Part shown: positions 1 to 15,600 of the stretch, in pieces
Layout: the number at the start of each line of letters is the position of its first letter
How positions within the stretch are numbered: the stretch's first letter is position 1
Source of the DNA: Botryllus schlosseri
Lineage: Eukaryota
DNA: 64,000 bases
NCBI GenBank assembly: GCA_051294905.1
Contig: CM119371.1
Coordinates: 62,001 to 126,000, forward strand
Direction: 5' to 3'
The notes under the pieces: generated by a model
What the model was told of the DNA's origin: nothing
What the model saw: the letters and a program-made list of their open reading frames with translations, nothing else
Database searches by the model: none
Program-made: the position numbers and the translations under genes

Positions 1-482
1 ATTGCGTTAGTCGCGACAATGTATCTTTCGATTTCGAAACTAACTTTCTACAATTAACTGCCAAAATTTTTGCGACCGATATATCCACTTTTTAAAACGA
101 AGTATCCAAGTACCTCACAAACATGTTGTGTTTTTGACATTCAGATGTTATCCACAGCAGCATAATAATCCTGTTGGCTTGGTTATTTTTATCCGAATGT
201 TTCCGTGTTTCTCACTGTGAGACTGTGCCGTTTGCACTAATCTGTTAGTTATACTATGACACCCTAGTGAGGCTGTCTGATTTCACATAATTCATGTCGT
301 TTCGACACCCTCCTATCTTTTCATTATAACAAAATTCTGTGGTGTATTGACATGATAAAATTGATAATAAACAGTAACGAATTTAACTGCGACAAAATCG
401 TATGATAGCCTATTCCAATATAACTGATAGTAACACCTATAATTTAATCAGCTATGTTACCTCGTTTCTAATTAATTTTCAG

Positions 483-627
483 ATTTTATTCGAAGGGGTG
501 GTCGGTCCGGGTTACGAGTCAGACATGGGACTAGATGACATTGTGCTATATCAAGGACTTTGTGTCGAAGATGAGCTGACAGAAAAGGCCTCTCTTGGAA
601 TGACATTAAAAGTCGACAAAGAATCAG
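483..627 (+). CDS. Integrin exon: MAM-domain C-terminus plus start of FG-GAP blade 2
   Basis: [27 protein letters not shown] (MAM end motif FEG..G....D.xxDDI....G.C), then [21 protein letters not shown]; phase-1 donor CAG/GTGAAA matches the next exon. Confidence 0.8.
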
Positions 628-3600
628 GTGAAAAAGCACCAAAATTTCTAAAGCTTGCCGATGGCCTTGACAACATATTTTTAAAACGGCCTACAAGCAC
701 AGTGAACACTGAACAGCGATAAATATAAGGTATACTCTCAGCGCAAATGGTGTGTATTCACACCCAAGAGCTGAAACGTGTGGAACACGAGAACAGACTT
801 AAACTCAGAATTATATAGCGGTCAAAAATTGCGCGCCCACGTGCATACATGATTGGATTTTTAATCGATTCATGGATCATGGATGTATATTCACACCTGT
901 ATATCAGGACTGGCACAAGGGTGGAAATACACACAGTTTTCGCTAAGAGGGTAAGTGGAATTTGAGGTTTGATAATGGTGATTAAAGCAGTCACTGTTGG
1001 TATCGAAATACAAGTGAAAGTACTGTCAGAATTTTCAACGCATTTACTAGTAGAGTAGGGATTTACACGAGATGCGATAATACATACAAAATACGTCAAA
1101 TGAAAGTTGCACGCGATAGTCTTGAAGGTTTTCGAATATAAGTAGGCCTTGTTCAGATTGTTGATTTGATCAAGCAGTTCAAGTGGTTACGCTCATGGAT
1201 AGTACCGGAATTGGAACGTATCCTCATGACTGACACATAATGATCAATGCCAACAGAAATAAAGGTGTATTTCTGCAACATATGTTCACTATTGTCCAGT
1301 TACCGTGATACAAAGGCTATACAAAGGCTATGGTTATATGCTACAAAACAAGAATACCAGAATATGTGGTGCAAGTGGACACAGCCAACTTGAGTACTCC
1401 AAATATGAACTGCTCCATTACAAGTTGACGTAGCGACTTCCAAGACATGCCAAAACTTCTGGAAGGGGCACTGGAAAACGGAAAGTGGAAAAGTACTCAA
1501 TGAAGTAGGTTCAAAAAGAAAATTTGGGTGGGGCCTGCATATAAGTAGGTAATCGAAGGTGGACACTTTCAAGGTGCAAGATATATCATCACCGCAACCG
1601 CAAAAATACTATTGAAATTGTCAATAGGTACCACTTTCGAAGATACACTCAGGTAACGTTAAACAGCGTCATCTCATGCGGTTCCTGTAACCATTTCACT
1701 CATAATCACATGCATACAAAGCACAGAACTACCTTCCAATTTTCAAAATCGAGAGGGGAAACTAAGTAGTTTTGCATGAACACCTGTCCAAGTAGGAGTG
1801 GAAGTGACTTATTAACACAGAACCACTTTACAACGTATCGCAAGTAAATGAAACCTGCTTGAGTACTCCGACAAAGTAAACATACTCAGCCACTCTTTGC
1901 CTCGGTGTATAGCATTGCTGTAATTCGCGTGACATATCAGTTGCATCGACTGATTTACATGAAAACTTTAGTTTTTAAGTTACAAAAGTCATCTCAATGA
2001 ATTGTATTCCAGGCAGCGTTCTCGCTTGCGCGCCGACTTGGACATATTCTTGCAAAGATCACAATCAGATGGCAGGTCTTTGTTACTTGCTAACTGGCGG
2101 TATGGAATCGACCAACATTACGATGATGTCTCCGTGTCGATACCCTGTAAGATACTAGAAGTATATTTTTTGAACTTCTGCAATATTGACAAAATGGATG
2201 TGTCTTAATTTTGTCATAATGAATGGGTATATACAGAGATTGGCAATATCGGTCGATCTGTAGCCTATACTTATGTCATCTTACGAGCGAAGTTTTCTAG
2301 ACGTTGAATAATGCCCCGCCGGGTAGTAGCCTATGTGATAGAAAATCTGAGAATCATTTATTAATCGCCATTGCAGAGACCTTGAAATATGCTTGAAATC
2401 TTCATTTTTTGACGATGATGCAAAGTTTTCGCATGGTGATGTGATGTCTTGACGATGTTTCAAATGTATTTTCTAAATTAAGGCCTTGGTGCTAGATGGA
2501 GTTGGGGCCGGCGAACACGACATACAACAGTCATGGAACCAATGCCAAAACAACTGTTTTATAGAAATGACTAGGCTATGCCTTTATGACCTAAATGCAT
2601 AATATTTCCGCCTGCAGACCAATGGTACTTAGCTTTTTCAGTTTTCGCACTGGTGAAATTTCAAATTAATATTTTGACCCAGTGAGATTCTACGATTCAA
2701 AATCATCTCAAAATACAACTACGACAAAACGTAGGCCTATGCAGCCCAAAACAAATAATAGGAGCTATAGTTTATTGGTCGACGTTCATAAGACCATGGA
2801 CCGGCAATTTAGAGTCACTGAGGTAAACAATAATCCCCCTTAGCCCGTGTGAATGCTGCAACAAGCTTGAGAATTACGATCACTGTCCTTTTTAGAGTTG
2901 CAATGACGAGAAAATGGACCTGGTGTTCCTAATCGACGGAAGTGACAGCATCCATATTCTGGATTTCAGAAAAATGATTCTGTCACTCAGCAATATTGTC
3001 AGTTCTTTGCCTATTGTGAAGAATCTAACGCAAGTAAGCCGGTTGTTGTATTTATTGTCAAGTGTAGTATAATTGCTATATATATCAGTGTTGGGATCAA
3101 GTCACCACGTTCGAGTCACGAGTCATTTCGAGTCATGACACATTTTGACTCGAGTCAAGTCAAGTCAATCGATTTTCGAAGGTGACTCGAGTCAAGTCAA
3201 GTCACTCGATTTTTGGAGGTGACTCGAGTCAAGTCGAGTCAAGTCAAGTCAAGTCACGAGTCAAGTCACAATTCAAGTCAAATTGCCTTTTCGAGGTATG
3301 AGGCGTGATTACCTCATTGTATTTTGCTAGCTGTCTGAAATACAGATTGAGTGGTCATTGATTTTGAACTGATGAAGGAATATAGAGTTAAATATACACG
3401 CATTTAAGGCGCTGTATCGCTCACATATAAGTAGAACTAATAAACTACGTTAGTAATTGCACAGCCTCAGTTTATAGTAACCAGCCAAAATAGAGAATAG
3501 AGAAAGAAATTAGTAAGTTGCAATACATTACCCTTTTGCAAATTGATATGATACAGTTCGAGCCTGCGTCAATGGTTGAGGACTATATAAACTATTTTCG

Positions 3601-6600
3601 AATTCAATTTCAATAAAACACGAGGTTTGGTTAAGTTAAGAACAAAGAACAGAAATAGACATTTTGCTATTAAACTACTTTACTAAAGTCTAGTTTATGA
3701 CATGTAGGCTGTAAGCTTCGATCACTTCGTTTGCGTTCAATATATTTGTGAGAGAACAATGGAGGATCAGTAAAACGCACGATCATTGAATGATTGGTCG
3801 CTCTCACGGGTTACACCGGCGTTGCGCGAACAATGCGAACATATGCCAGATACAGTGATTTCTATCGACACTGATTACTTGCATCATGATGACTTGAAAT
3901 TGACTCTTGAATTTTGCTCCGAGTCACGAGTCCTTCCACATTTCTGATACGCCGAGTCAAGTCAAGTCAAGTCATTTTAGCAAAGTGACTCGAGTCAAGT
4001 CAAGTCATACGAATAAGTGACTCGAGTCTGACTCGAGTCATGTCATGACTCGAGTCATCCCCACACTGATATATATTACTCAAGTGTATGACGCTTAGTT
4101 GGAATGAACGAATGATATATTGTAACATTTATTCTTCAATTTATAGTAATCGTCAAGAATCCAATAGCGAGGAATATATATTTATTTATCATTTCCCTCT
4201 TCAAGTTAATTTTACCGCCACTACAACGCAATACTGAGTTTTAGATACATTTTTGCGTACGATCGTAAATACGCCACATCCAAAATCTCGTGTGATTATA
4301 AATTTCAAAACCATTGTATATTTTGTAGGTGTAGTCAAGGTAGAAGATCCTAGCATATATTTCAAAGATGCTTACAAAACAACCTTATTCACTCTCATTT
4401 CTGAAACCTCCGTGAAACATTTTTACATTATCATAGAAAACCAAGTCAACTTAAAATCGATATGGCATGTTTCATTTCAATGGCCATAGCATCCTACGTG
4501 TTGCCTTGATCTTTATGGAGGCAAATTCATAGATTATGAAAGCTTGATTATTGATAACAAATAAATATTTATATTTTTATTTTATACAAATAAGATTGGA
4601 ATTGCACAATATTCATCCTCACCACGCACCGAATTCAAGCTCAATCAATATCACAAGCTCGACGATTTTCGCAAAGCCGTGAGAAACATATCGCACATGG
4701 GCGGCAGAACTGAAACTGGAAAAGGTAAATTCGACTCTTGCCAGAAAATGTTGAAGGTCTGTTATACTATGAAGCTTTTCAATTTTAATTTTGAATCAAT
4801 TCCGATTAAGCGGCATTGCGCTGGTATTGTCAAAATGCCATTTTATATTCAACTCGATATGAATTGTGAATAGAAATGTTTGAAATGTTTCAGGTAATAT
4901 CAGAGTGCACAGAACAGATTGGAGGTTTAACAGTTCTACCGCTTTCGGTCTCGCTGTCATTCGAGTTCTGAGCTCTTCCCCATGCTTTCAGCGTTGAACT
5001 ACGTAAACAGCGAAATGTTCAACGAAACAAACGGAATGCGTCCGGACGCCAAGCACGTGGCGGTTGTGATTACAGATGGAAAATCACAGGACATCGTCAT
5101 TGCGGCTGCAGATGAGTTGAAACGAAGAGGTATGCATAACAGAAACTGTATCGAGTACACAAAATGTTGTGATATGTGTCACGGTGGTTCTTTAATGCTA
5201 TTATCTCGCCACTATGGTCATGCTCGACTCGATCGCCTCATCGGACGGCAGACCACGTTTTCACTCCTTTTCTTTCGACGGCCGTGTAGTTTGCAGGGTC
5301 ATGAGCTGATCCTCGTTTGGTAGGGCATTGAAGTAATGTGTTTTTATTTTGCAGTATTGCAAGTATTTTTTAACGTCTTGTTACAACTTGGGTTAGTTGA
5401 TCCGTGCTCACTGTTCGTTAGGGATGGTGTGAACGTGAGGTTCACGTTCGCGTTCTGTGTGTGAACCTCGGAAATTTAGAGGTTCGCGTTCACAACAGAA
5501 CCTTGGTAGGTTCTGCACTGTGAACCTTTTTCATATATTACAATTTTCACTTCATTATAACATCTTTGGTTCATATTAATTGCATTTCAACTGCGGGCCA
5601 CTCTATGCATGGCGCTGGCAGCATTAAAAATTAACACTATAAACGAGCATGCACCTTAACAATCTCAAAAGTTTTACTTGCTTTGTAACAAATGTTTGCT
5701 CGAAATATTCAGCTTTCCGTTTGTGAATATTTAGTGTCTCTCTGCTGTGAGTTTGACGTGCGATCACACAACATCACGAGCGAAATACGTAGTCAGCGAA
5801 TGATGCTTATATTCAACCAATCAATGAGATTGATATCGTTTTTTGATGCAAAAAAGTTAGCAGGGGTACGGGGCAATCTTGACTTCATATCTTTACTGCA
5901 TCACGAGAACCAAATCCTTGTGATTGAGGTGTTGTCTACTGCAGTAAAACTTGTTAATGGGGTAATATCGGTAGCAAGTATAGAAACCAGTTTTACACTC
6001 TGCTCAATATCAATGTAGCGATAGGCTACTCAGACGCCGAACACATTGTCCGGTCTGGCCTAGACCGTTAAGGCGTAAGCTTATATTCCCTGGTAAGTCC
6101 TCGTCGAAATTGTTGGCAAAGCGACGGAAGATATTGATTTTATAGGAGTATTATATCCTTTGATTGCCTCAGTTGAAACATTTAGTGACGTTTAAAACGC
6201 CAACATGTACTTCTGCATTGTGACATGATGTGGCCCGAGTCGTCGCTAGGTATCGTGTACGTTAATATAGGCTATCACTTCATTGAAAGATAGGGTTGGA
6301 ATTAGCAATATGACGTCACGTGACGTCATGAGGTTCACGTTCGTGTTCACACAGAACCTTTCAAAAAGGTTCGCGTTCACACGAACCTGAACCTTTCAGA
6401 GGTTCACACCATCCCTACTGTTCGTCAATACGAAGTACCGGAAAGACACTGTCTCTGGAATAGCAAGCTAGTTAAGAATACCGGAAGTCAGTCATAGATA
6501 CTATCAGCCAGATACTCTCGTCCAGCTCGGTCAAAGAGCTGAAACTCGTCCCTCAGGACAATATGAACTGACTGATGTTGATGTAAACTGAGACGAACTG

Positions 6601-9600
6601 ACAACCACTCTTTGGAGTAGTGATTCTCAACAGCCGGTGCGTGTCAACTGTTCGGACAGGTCCTCAAATATGTTTCGATGTTATTCTCAATTGTAGAATG
6701 TAACATGTTGATGGCCGTGAGATACTAGCCTTAACGTGACCTGGGAATTGCCACTTCTTCTACTTGAGCAAAGATTCTTGTTTCACTTATATCGGTCGTT
6801 TGAGCAATATGAATAACTACCTTACTATTATCTAGCCGTGTGGACTTTGGACGTGGAAGTGTATTTGCAGAGGTGGTTAATGAAGTCGAAATTATGATTT
6901 TCGGAGGGTTTTGCTTAATTGCACCACATAATCAAGTGGGTATGTTTTTTTAGACTACTCCGTGACTTATGCTATACAGATTGTTACGCAAAACGATTGA
7001 GTTTTCGATTTGAGATTTTTAAAATCATAAAGCAGTTTAGGGACAGGTTTGTGTCACTATTAGGAATAGGACAGCCATAACATAGAGGCGAAAACAGCAT
7101 TTTATTACGGTATTTGAATGAAAGCTCAAAAAGTACAAGTACTTGTAATCTCATTATCATTAGTCGTTTCGCATCGCTCGCGAAGATGGACACTTCACTG
7201 CCCAAAACACCCACCTCCGCCAGGGGTTGGCAAACTTTTTGGGCTCTGGGGACGCAATCAACATCTGGATCCATTCGCGGGGGTAGGGAGCTTGACGGGG
7301 GCTAAATATTATTTCGTGAAATAGCATAAATCATAGAGTATTTTTTGTAATTTATGCAACTTTTTCGCGCTGGTTTCATGTAGTCGGATATCTTGAATAT
7401 TGGGTACCCTTCCCAAATAAAATATCATACATGATTTATAGAAATGAGCACTCAGATGTCGGCCATTACCGCACCGTGACTTACCAAGACACATGAAGTT
7501 ATAGGCCATGTAACATGCGACCCGAGAAGTGTGCCTGAACGATTAGCAGCGACGACCGCCCTTTTGCTGACGGAAAACGTCGATATATAGCCTATAGCTT
7601 ACATATAGGCCTATGTTTAATTGTCCATAGGCTCAAAAATGGCTGGCATCAAATGTTCCTGCCCTGGCGATATGATCGCTACAAGACAAATGCCATCCTG
7701 CAGGTCTTTTAGTTTAGTACAGTGGTTCCCAACCTTTTTCGACTCATCGCCCCCCAAATATTGGGAACCGAAAAATGGGCATACAGACTGAAATCACCGG
7801 CGAGTTGACTAAGAAAAAAGATCAACTTTTCGGCTCGACCTCAAAATTACACTTTTCCAGCTAGATTTTGGTGAGTTGACTAACAAAAAAGGTGATTTCT
7901 CCGACTTGATTCCCAAAGGACCATAACAGCACTTTGTCAGCCCTCCGCCCCAATACGTTGGTCTTGAGCTCCCTCCATAGGGCGATAAAGCAAACATATG
8001 CACCCCCGCAGATCAAACTCCCCCGGTACCTCTTTACCACTACTTCTCAGCACAAATTATTGGACTCCTTAGTCGCGAAGCGGGAATAATCTCTATCATC
8101 CATGATTGAATCGGTCAATATGATCGGGAATTGCATATATATTGCTGTCAATTTTTTATCCTCTCTCTCCTCACGTATTCAGATTTACCGGTAAAACTGA
8201 TTGAGGTGTCTCGGAAAATGTAGGGCCCGTAAATAATAATCGAACATATTCGGGCGGTCCCGTGCGTATAATGACTTCGTTACGTAATGACATTTCTTGG
8301 CCTGTCTGATGTCAAAAGATATTCAAATCGCCCATACGTTCTAGACTAAAAGCCGCACACGATTTCAAATTAGTATTTCTGCACTGGCAATTAATTTTTC
8401 TCTGCGAGATGACCTTATTTTTGTGGGGTTCTGATAGCCAGGACAGAAACATTTGGCGCCTGCCATTTAGGAGCCTTTGGACAATTAAATATCTATGTAT
8501 ATCGTATATTTATCGAATTCGGTCAGCATAAAGGCAGTCCTTTTCTGCCAAGGTTTTCTCGTTCTGGCACACTTCTCGGAGTCGCATGTTACATGGCCTG
8601 AAACTTCATATGTCTTGGTGCGTCATGGTGGGACAATGGCTGATGCCGATATGCCCATTTCTGTAACTCATGCGTATTATTTCTTGGAGGAAGGGTATCC
8701 AATAAGCAAGAAATATGTGATACGGAATGGCGCACAGGCCGAAACGTTTTGAAAAAGTTGCCTAAAAATACTCTATAATTATTGTTAATTCACCCAAAAA
8801 TTGTGGGCTCCCTTCAAGCTCGGGTCCCCCATCCCAATTGAGGGGTTTGGGTGTGGCAGTTACGGCCATGGACGCCAATATAGCCATCTCAACTCGCCAT
8901 CGCCCCCTTCGTCCGTTTTCGCCCCCTATTGCCCCCTTGGCTATTTTCGCCCCCCTGGACCGACAAATATCGCCCACGTTGGGAAACACTGGTTTAGTAC
9001 GTTTGGGCCGATTTCAATATCTTTTGACATATCGGATTGGCGGTCATGTGATAGCTTCATGTAACGGAATCATTATACCAACGGGCATACGCGCGAAGAT
9101 GTTTAGTTGTTATTTAGGTGCCCTACATTTTCCAAAACACCTCATCCAGCTCTACCGGCAAATCTGATTACGTGAGCAGAGAGAGGATAGAAATTGATGG
9201 CAATATATATGTAATTTCCGATCATATTGACCAATTCAATTATGAACCATAAAAAATTTACCGCAATTCTCGCGGCTAGGCCATACCAGCTCGCTCACCA
9301 ATCAGACAACAAATGTAGATGACAAAGAGCGGAAAAACGCACATGAGGGGCGGTGAATAACCCCCGAAATTTGGTTTAACCCCCTATTGAGGGCCCAGCA
9401 TCAACGTTTTAGGGGGCTGATGAAGTGCTGTTACGGTCCTGGGGACTGAAGAAATACGAAGATAATATATAATCTCCTCCTTCCCAGTAACCAGTTTGTA
9501 AAGAAAAACTCTCGTGGACCGAATATGTCATCTCCATTTCGAATTTCTGTGATATTTAGAAATTGTAAAATTGCGCCAGAAATGAATTAAAAATATGTTA

Positions 9601-12600
9601 TGGTCAGAATATAACATATAATTATCGTAGGGAAATACAACAGGAAAAAGTTTAATCGAGTCCGAGCAGTAATTAGAATTTGGTGCGCAATTTTCAATAT
9701 TTTAAATAAATTTCTTGAGCGTTTCGCGGGCCGTAGTTTGCCCACCTCTGCTTTGACCGATAAAAGTTCCTGACCCCTCAACTAAATCTACGTTTTAAAA
9801 ATACTTACTTACTGACCTTTTCCATCATTGAGTATAGAAGTTAACTGGTTTATATGTCTATACAAGGAGATTTATTGTGTTCGATTTCTAGGATAGAATA
9901 GGTGGTATCTTTCTGCCCTGATGTTTTTCGTGGCCTATACACCGACTCATGGGATACATACACACGATATGTGCAAATGCCCATCTGATATCACGACTAC
10001 TTGATGTGCATATACTGCTTGACAAGGAAGGTACAGATATAGCCTTGTAAGGCTTTTCAAGTCTTGCGCGTCACCCTCCATGCTATCCCAGCGATGCTGA
10101 GCATCGGGCACCAGCGTTACTAATCAGGTCTTTGGTGTGACCTGACTGAGAATGGAACCAACGAATTACCCTACCCGATCAAGAAGTCGGACGCTCCACA
10201 ATTGCGCCATCTTGTCGGTTTGATATGCCAACACAGTTTATACGGTTACAATTAATACTCATTTCAAATAATTATCGATGCAATCTAAATTGATTCCCCA
10301 TGTGCATTTGTGAGTTAAGTATTCATATCCCTAATCGCGATGCTATTCGATTTTACAGGAATAAAAATATTTGCCATCGGAGTCTCTTCTGCAGACGTGA
10401 TGGAACTAAACGACATATCCTCGGACCCAGACCACCAGTTTGTATTTTCCGTTTCGTCGTATAAAGCATTGGACGGTGTGCGCAGTCAGCTGAGTGAAAA
10501 ACTCATCGCCTTGGAGAGCCAGAGTGACAGTTGAGTGTGGATATTTATTCCGAATAATTCGGCGTGCGTTTTTGGAATTGTTGTACAACCTGATGGACGC
10601 ATGTTGGCCGAAACTTGTCCAGTGTCCGGGAACAGAACCCTCTGGTCATTGCGAACTAAGCCCCGCGGTACAAATGAGACCCGCAATACCTGTGATACAT
10701 GCCAGTAGCAATATTACTGACTAAAACTCATTCCGTTAACTTCGAAATATTTTCGAGCCTTATGCGGCTTGAACATGAAAGCACACTGAATCTTCATGGC
10801 ATAAATGCCAGCGACTTGAGTGCGTAGTAAAATAAGTCCTGCGTTCACCGTTGCCTAATCTATAGCTCTAATCAAAAATTCATCAATACCTAAGCGGCCC
10901 GCGCAACGGTTTGGGAAACGCATTGTGGTTCTTTGGCCAAAGACGTTGTCCACCCCCTGCTGTACTTGATAATATAATTTTGCTTAGACTCAACATTGGC
11001 GACAAGTCAGTGTCAGGCCGGCCTATCCGCCGGTTTTGTTGCGGGAAAACCGATGATTGGTGTTCCGGGCCTACGCGATTGGTCCGGAGGATTTATTTCG
11101 TTCTCTGCGAATCATCTACAACATCGCGAAATTGATCTGAAGGATATCTTAGGTAGGTATGTTTTGTACTATACGCTTGGTCGTCTCAAATAGGCAAATT
11201 GTGCCAAGGCATTGTACCGAAATTTGAGATATGACATGACAAGTCCATTTCATTGGAAATACTTTGGAAGATATGAAAAATAGATTGTGCTGAGCAATTT
11301 TCCCTCTACGCTGCGCGCGTGTGCAAATGCATAGTGATGAGTCGGTCTCTGCACACAGAAAATCTAAGTTGCGCACAAAATTCAGAAGCTATGACTTTTT
11401 TCTAAAGTCGTAAGCACTGTTGTCCTAGGGTCTGCGCAGTGACTTGGTAAGTGTGCGCACACTCGGCAAAATCAGAGGGAAAATTGGTGCTGAGGCAATA
11501 CTGATTCTTTATATAGTTGATTACCATTGACTTGTTCCTAAGCTGCAAGATGCACATGTGTAGAGCCAATACAAAACTGTATTCATGATGGACTTAAAAT
11601 GACCGAAATGCTACTGAAGACTCCCTTGAACATGACATCATTGAACGCTTAATTGACTTTTCAGCAAAATTTCTAAACAAAATCACCATTAAATTGAATT
11701 TACCATCCTTAAGAATTGGAGTAAGCCTACACAAAATCTATTTCAATAACCACCCTCTCCATTTGCTGTAAATACTCGATAGCTTGACATTCATCCTCAC
11801 AATACGCGGATTTTGATACTGAATATTTGTATTGAGCGGGGAATCTCATGTATTGGAAAGCTACTATCGCTATGTTCTTGACTAATTAATTCCACAGAAC
11901 TGGTATTACAATAAAATTCGCTGAATAGTAGTCTGTATTGAATGCAAGCTGGCAAATGACAGTGTAACTATTACCAGTGGTGGTTCCTGGTCTGGAAACA
12001 AGTACTACTACTTTTTCGTATTACTCAAGTGATTGTGTTTTAGACTACTTCAACTTCTACTAGAGCATATTAAGAAAAACTATTTACTTTTTACGCAATG
12101 GAGTTTGTAAAGTTCCGTCACATTCATGAATAAACTCGTCAGATTTACTGGGTGGAATTGTTTCTGTATCACAATAACTGACCAAGGTCAATGTAATATG
12201 TATGATGTATAGGCTATATACATCATTTGAATGTCGTCACCTCTGATTAACCGCTGAAAGTATACAACCACTCAACCAAATCTACTTTTTTCAAACTACT
12301 TGCTCGGCAACTTTCTATACCTTATCTACCTAGTCCAAGTTGAAGTGGTATTGATATGCCTTTAAAAGAGCTATTTACAACAGCCGATGTACAACCACCT
12401 ATGAGTATATTTCAGACCAGAATAATCAATGCACGATTTCGCAAAATGGATCCTGTTTCGCAGAAGACATACGTTCTCCAACTGCTTATTCATACTTCGG
12501 GTATAATGCCATAATATTTCCATTTTATTGTTGTCCTGCATTTCGATGGATACCGACATTATCCTTGTCTCATCACTTTGCAGATCCTCAATGTGCAGTG

Positions 12601-15600
12601 GATCATACACCGGTACAAGCGAAAGACAAATGGCTGTTGGTTCACCGAGACTGAAGAGTGTGGGCGGTGTTTTTATTATCGATGGTATGCAGAACTATTT
12701 ACTTTTTTACAACATGATATGTTAATGTTGCATCCAAAATCAAGTATCTTTGTGGCCGAGTTTACGTCTTTCTCTTTTCCGATCAGGGTATATAGGGTGT
12801 TAGCAAAAGATTAATTACGCCACTCAATACATAATTGGATGCATATCCACTAACATGAAAATCGGAAAGATGCAGTAGATATAAATAGGATTTAAAAATA
12901 TTGGTATTAACATAATTCTTTGGATTTGGTCTGTCATTTAGTGCTGTGTGTTCTTCATAACTGGTAGGTACTAACTAAAATATGTTATGATATATATGTT
13001 ACATAAAGCAGTTGATATAATGTTGCTTCACTTTTGCAAGAAGTATACTAACCTGGCCGAAACCATCCTACCCATTTTCACTTCGGATTTATGCCCAATT
13101 ATTGTCGCACCCCGAGAGACCAAAAATTTTGCTAAGACACTATCACAAGGCGCTACTTGAATTTCGTGTCAAACTCAACCAGCGAATGTTATATCATAAC
13201 ACCGACAAACATTTCTGGTAACGGTTATGCTCTATTAAAAGCATCTAAAACATAAGACAATGGCGTGCCTTTCTAGTTTCAGATTCAGAGAACCCGACGT
13301 TTCTCAAGTTGTTTCTGGGCGATCAAATCGGAAGCGACTTTGGATATTCCGTGTGTCTGACCGATATGAACGGCGATGGAATGGATGAGCTTTTAGTTGG
13401 ATCGCCTCTCTTTTTCGATAAGAATCCAGACGAAGGCCTTGTCACCGTATTTCTATCGGGTAAGTTCCATTTGGAGGACTCTATTATCGATGTACTTCAA
13501 ATTTCTAGTAGTAGGCTACTCAAGTAATTTTTTTATATCATCTTTAGTATTTTCAAAATTCGAAGTAAAAGAGTAAGTATATAGTCCAAAGTAATGATAA
13601 AAGAGGTGGAACTAGAAATAGTAAACAAACATACTCGCTGTAAAAAGAACTATATAGCACAGGCATGCAAAATCTCCTTGAATACTTTGTGGAATACCTT
13701 CGCTACTGAACCACGTGTGGCGATAACAGACATTTTGTGCAGCAGTTTGTCATTGACGCTTCAGTTGATAGAACAAAATAGTAGCGATTCAAATCGCCTG
13801 TTTCCTGATTATTTCCATGACATCTTTCTAGATTCAACTGGAGTGTCCGAAAATCGGCAAAAAGTCAATCTATTCGGATCGCGGGAATCCAGTGCCAGAT
13901 TTGGGCTCAGTATTGCTGCCACTGGTGATTTGAACGGAGATGGGTTTGGAGATATCGTTATAGGAGCCTCCGGTGGTTACAACGTAGAGGGTGAGATATT
14001 ATTCAATTTGCAATCTAGCTTATAGTATTCCAAAGTCATTTTAACGTTTGGCCCCATTGGAGTGCTGGCTATTTTCAAATCACCAACGCAATTGAAGTCG
14101 AACCGTTAACGACAAATATAAGCAAGAGCACACACATAAAAAGCAGATGTTGTCAGAGTAGTCAATGTTTTTAATGCAACATCCATAGCAATATAACATT
14201 TACTAAAACTCGAAGAGTTTTAGGGTGCCTCTGTTCGGGAGTTATAGGCACACTAACGGGATTTAAACAGATTCAAAAGCAAAAACAATAAGGTACAGTA
14301 TGGCGTAACAATCAAAATTACGCACCATGAAATTCGCATAGTAACTAGGGCTGGGCACAATGATTCGAGTAGTCGAATCTGAATCAAATAATAATTTGAT
14401 TAATTCGAGTCGAGTAGTAAAATACGATTTCGCGAGTGCTGAAATTATACGATCCTCAGCACTGAAAGTTAATTTACCAACGAGAATTATAGTTTCGATA
14501 CTAGTTTCCACTGTGGAAGCCTTAAAACCTTGATTAGCCGGATCGCAGCATACGAAACATAGTACAAAGCTACAAATATTACTAGAAATAACACACTTCT
14601 GAATGATCATCCCACATCATTGTCAATTATTAAAGTATCTTCGATGTGATGGATGAGATGCAATATATATTCTTTGTGGTGACATCAAAGGTACATATTT
14701 AAACTGTGACATATTACAGTATGTTATGACGTCATAGTGAGCAATACGCGAATACTCGACTCGAATCGAAGTATAATACGTGATTCATTCAGAATCGAAT
14801 CACTCAGGTACTCGATTTAGCCCAGCCCGAATTGTAACAATGTGTAGTCAATGTTGCTGGTCAGTTAGAACCAGAAGAAATAGTTTGAATTTTCGTTTAA
14901 TTACAAGTAGAAATATAAAATAATGACCAGAATAGTACTCGAGTACGTAGTTCTAAAACCGAAAAGTAGATTTTGCCGATGTGCCACGTACATTTAGAAG
15001 TTGATCGGAGCTCGCCATTTTGAAATTTCGTGGTACATCTTCACGACTGATACAAAATGACAAATTGTTTTCAGTTGTGGAAGATATACTCGGCTACCGC
15101 GATACAGTGGTTCTATCATCTAGTTTCCACAATGATGTTACTCATAAACGTTAGTTATCATATCCCGAAACTACTTTATAGTGTAAAAACGAAAGTAAGA
15201 GTGGAAGTATGCTAAAATATTAACTCTCGAGTAGTAGTAAAAGTTCCATAAACCTAATTGAGTACTTGTAGAAAGTAGAAGTACCTGTGTACCACCCCTG
15301 ATATACATATCAGAATATATACTCATGGCACACGAAATCAGAACCTATCTCAGACCTATACCTCCGGTGAATCGAGTACAACATTTTAATCCAAATTATG
15401 CATGCACGTAACGTAGGCACGTAGGATTTATGACCGCAATATAATTCTGAGTTATGTTTCAAAAATAACTCTCTGGATGGTTTCTGGGCAATCTGTGACT
15501 AACAAATTATTACTTTCACAATTTTTTAAAAAGGTGCCGTATACATTTACAACGGAAAGTCGAACCTCAACGTAAACCTGCAGCCTTCGCAAATGGTCAA

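Noticed and set aside
402..722. Standalone 106-aa ORF or terminal exon of a separate MAM gene
   Set aside because: The N-terminal part is intron-like, and the LGMTL segment plus phase-1 donor at 627 join integrin blade 2 in frame.
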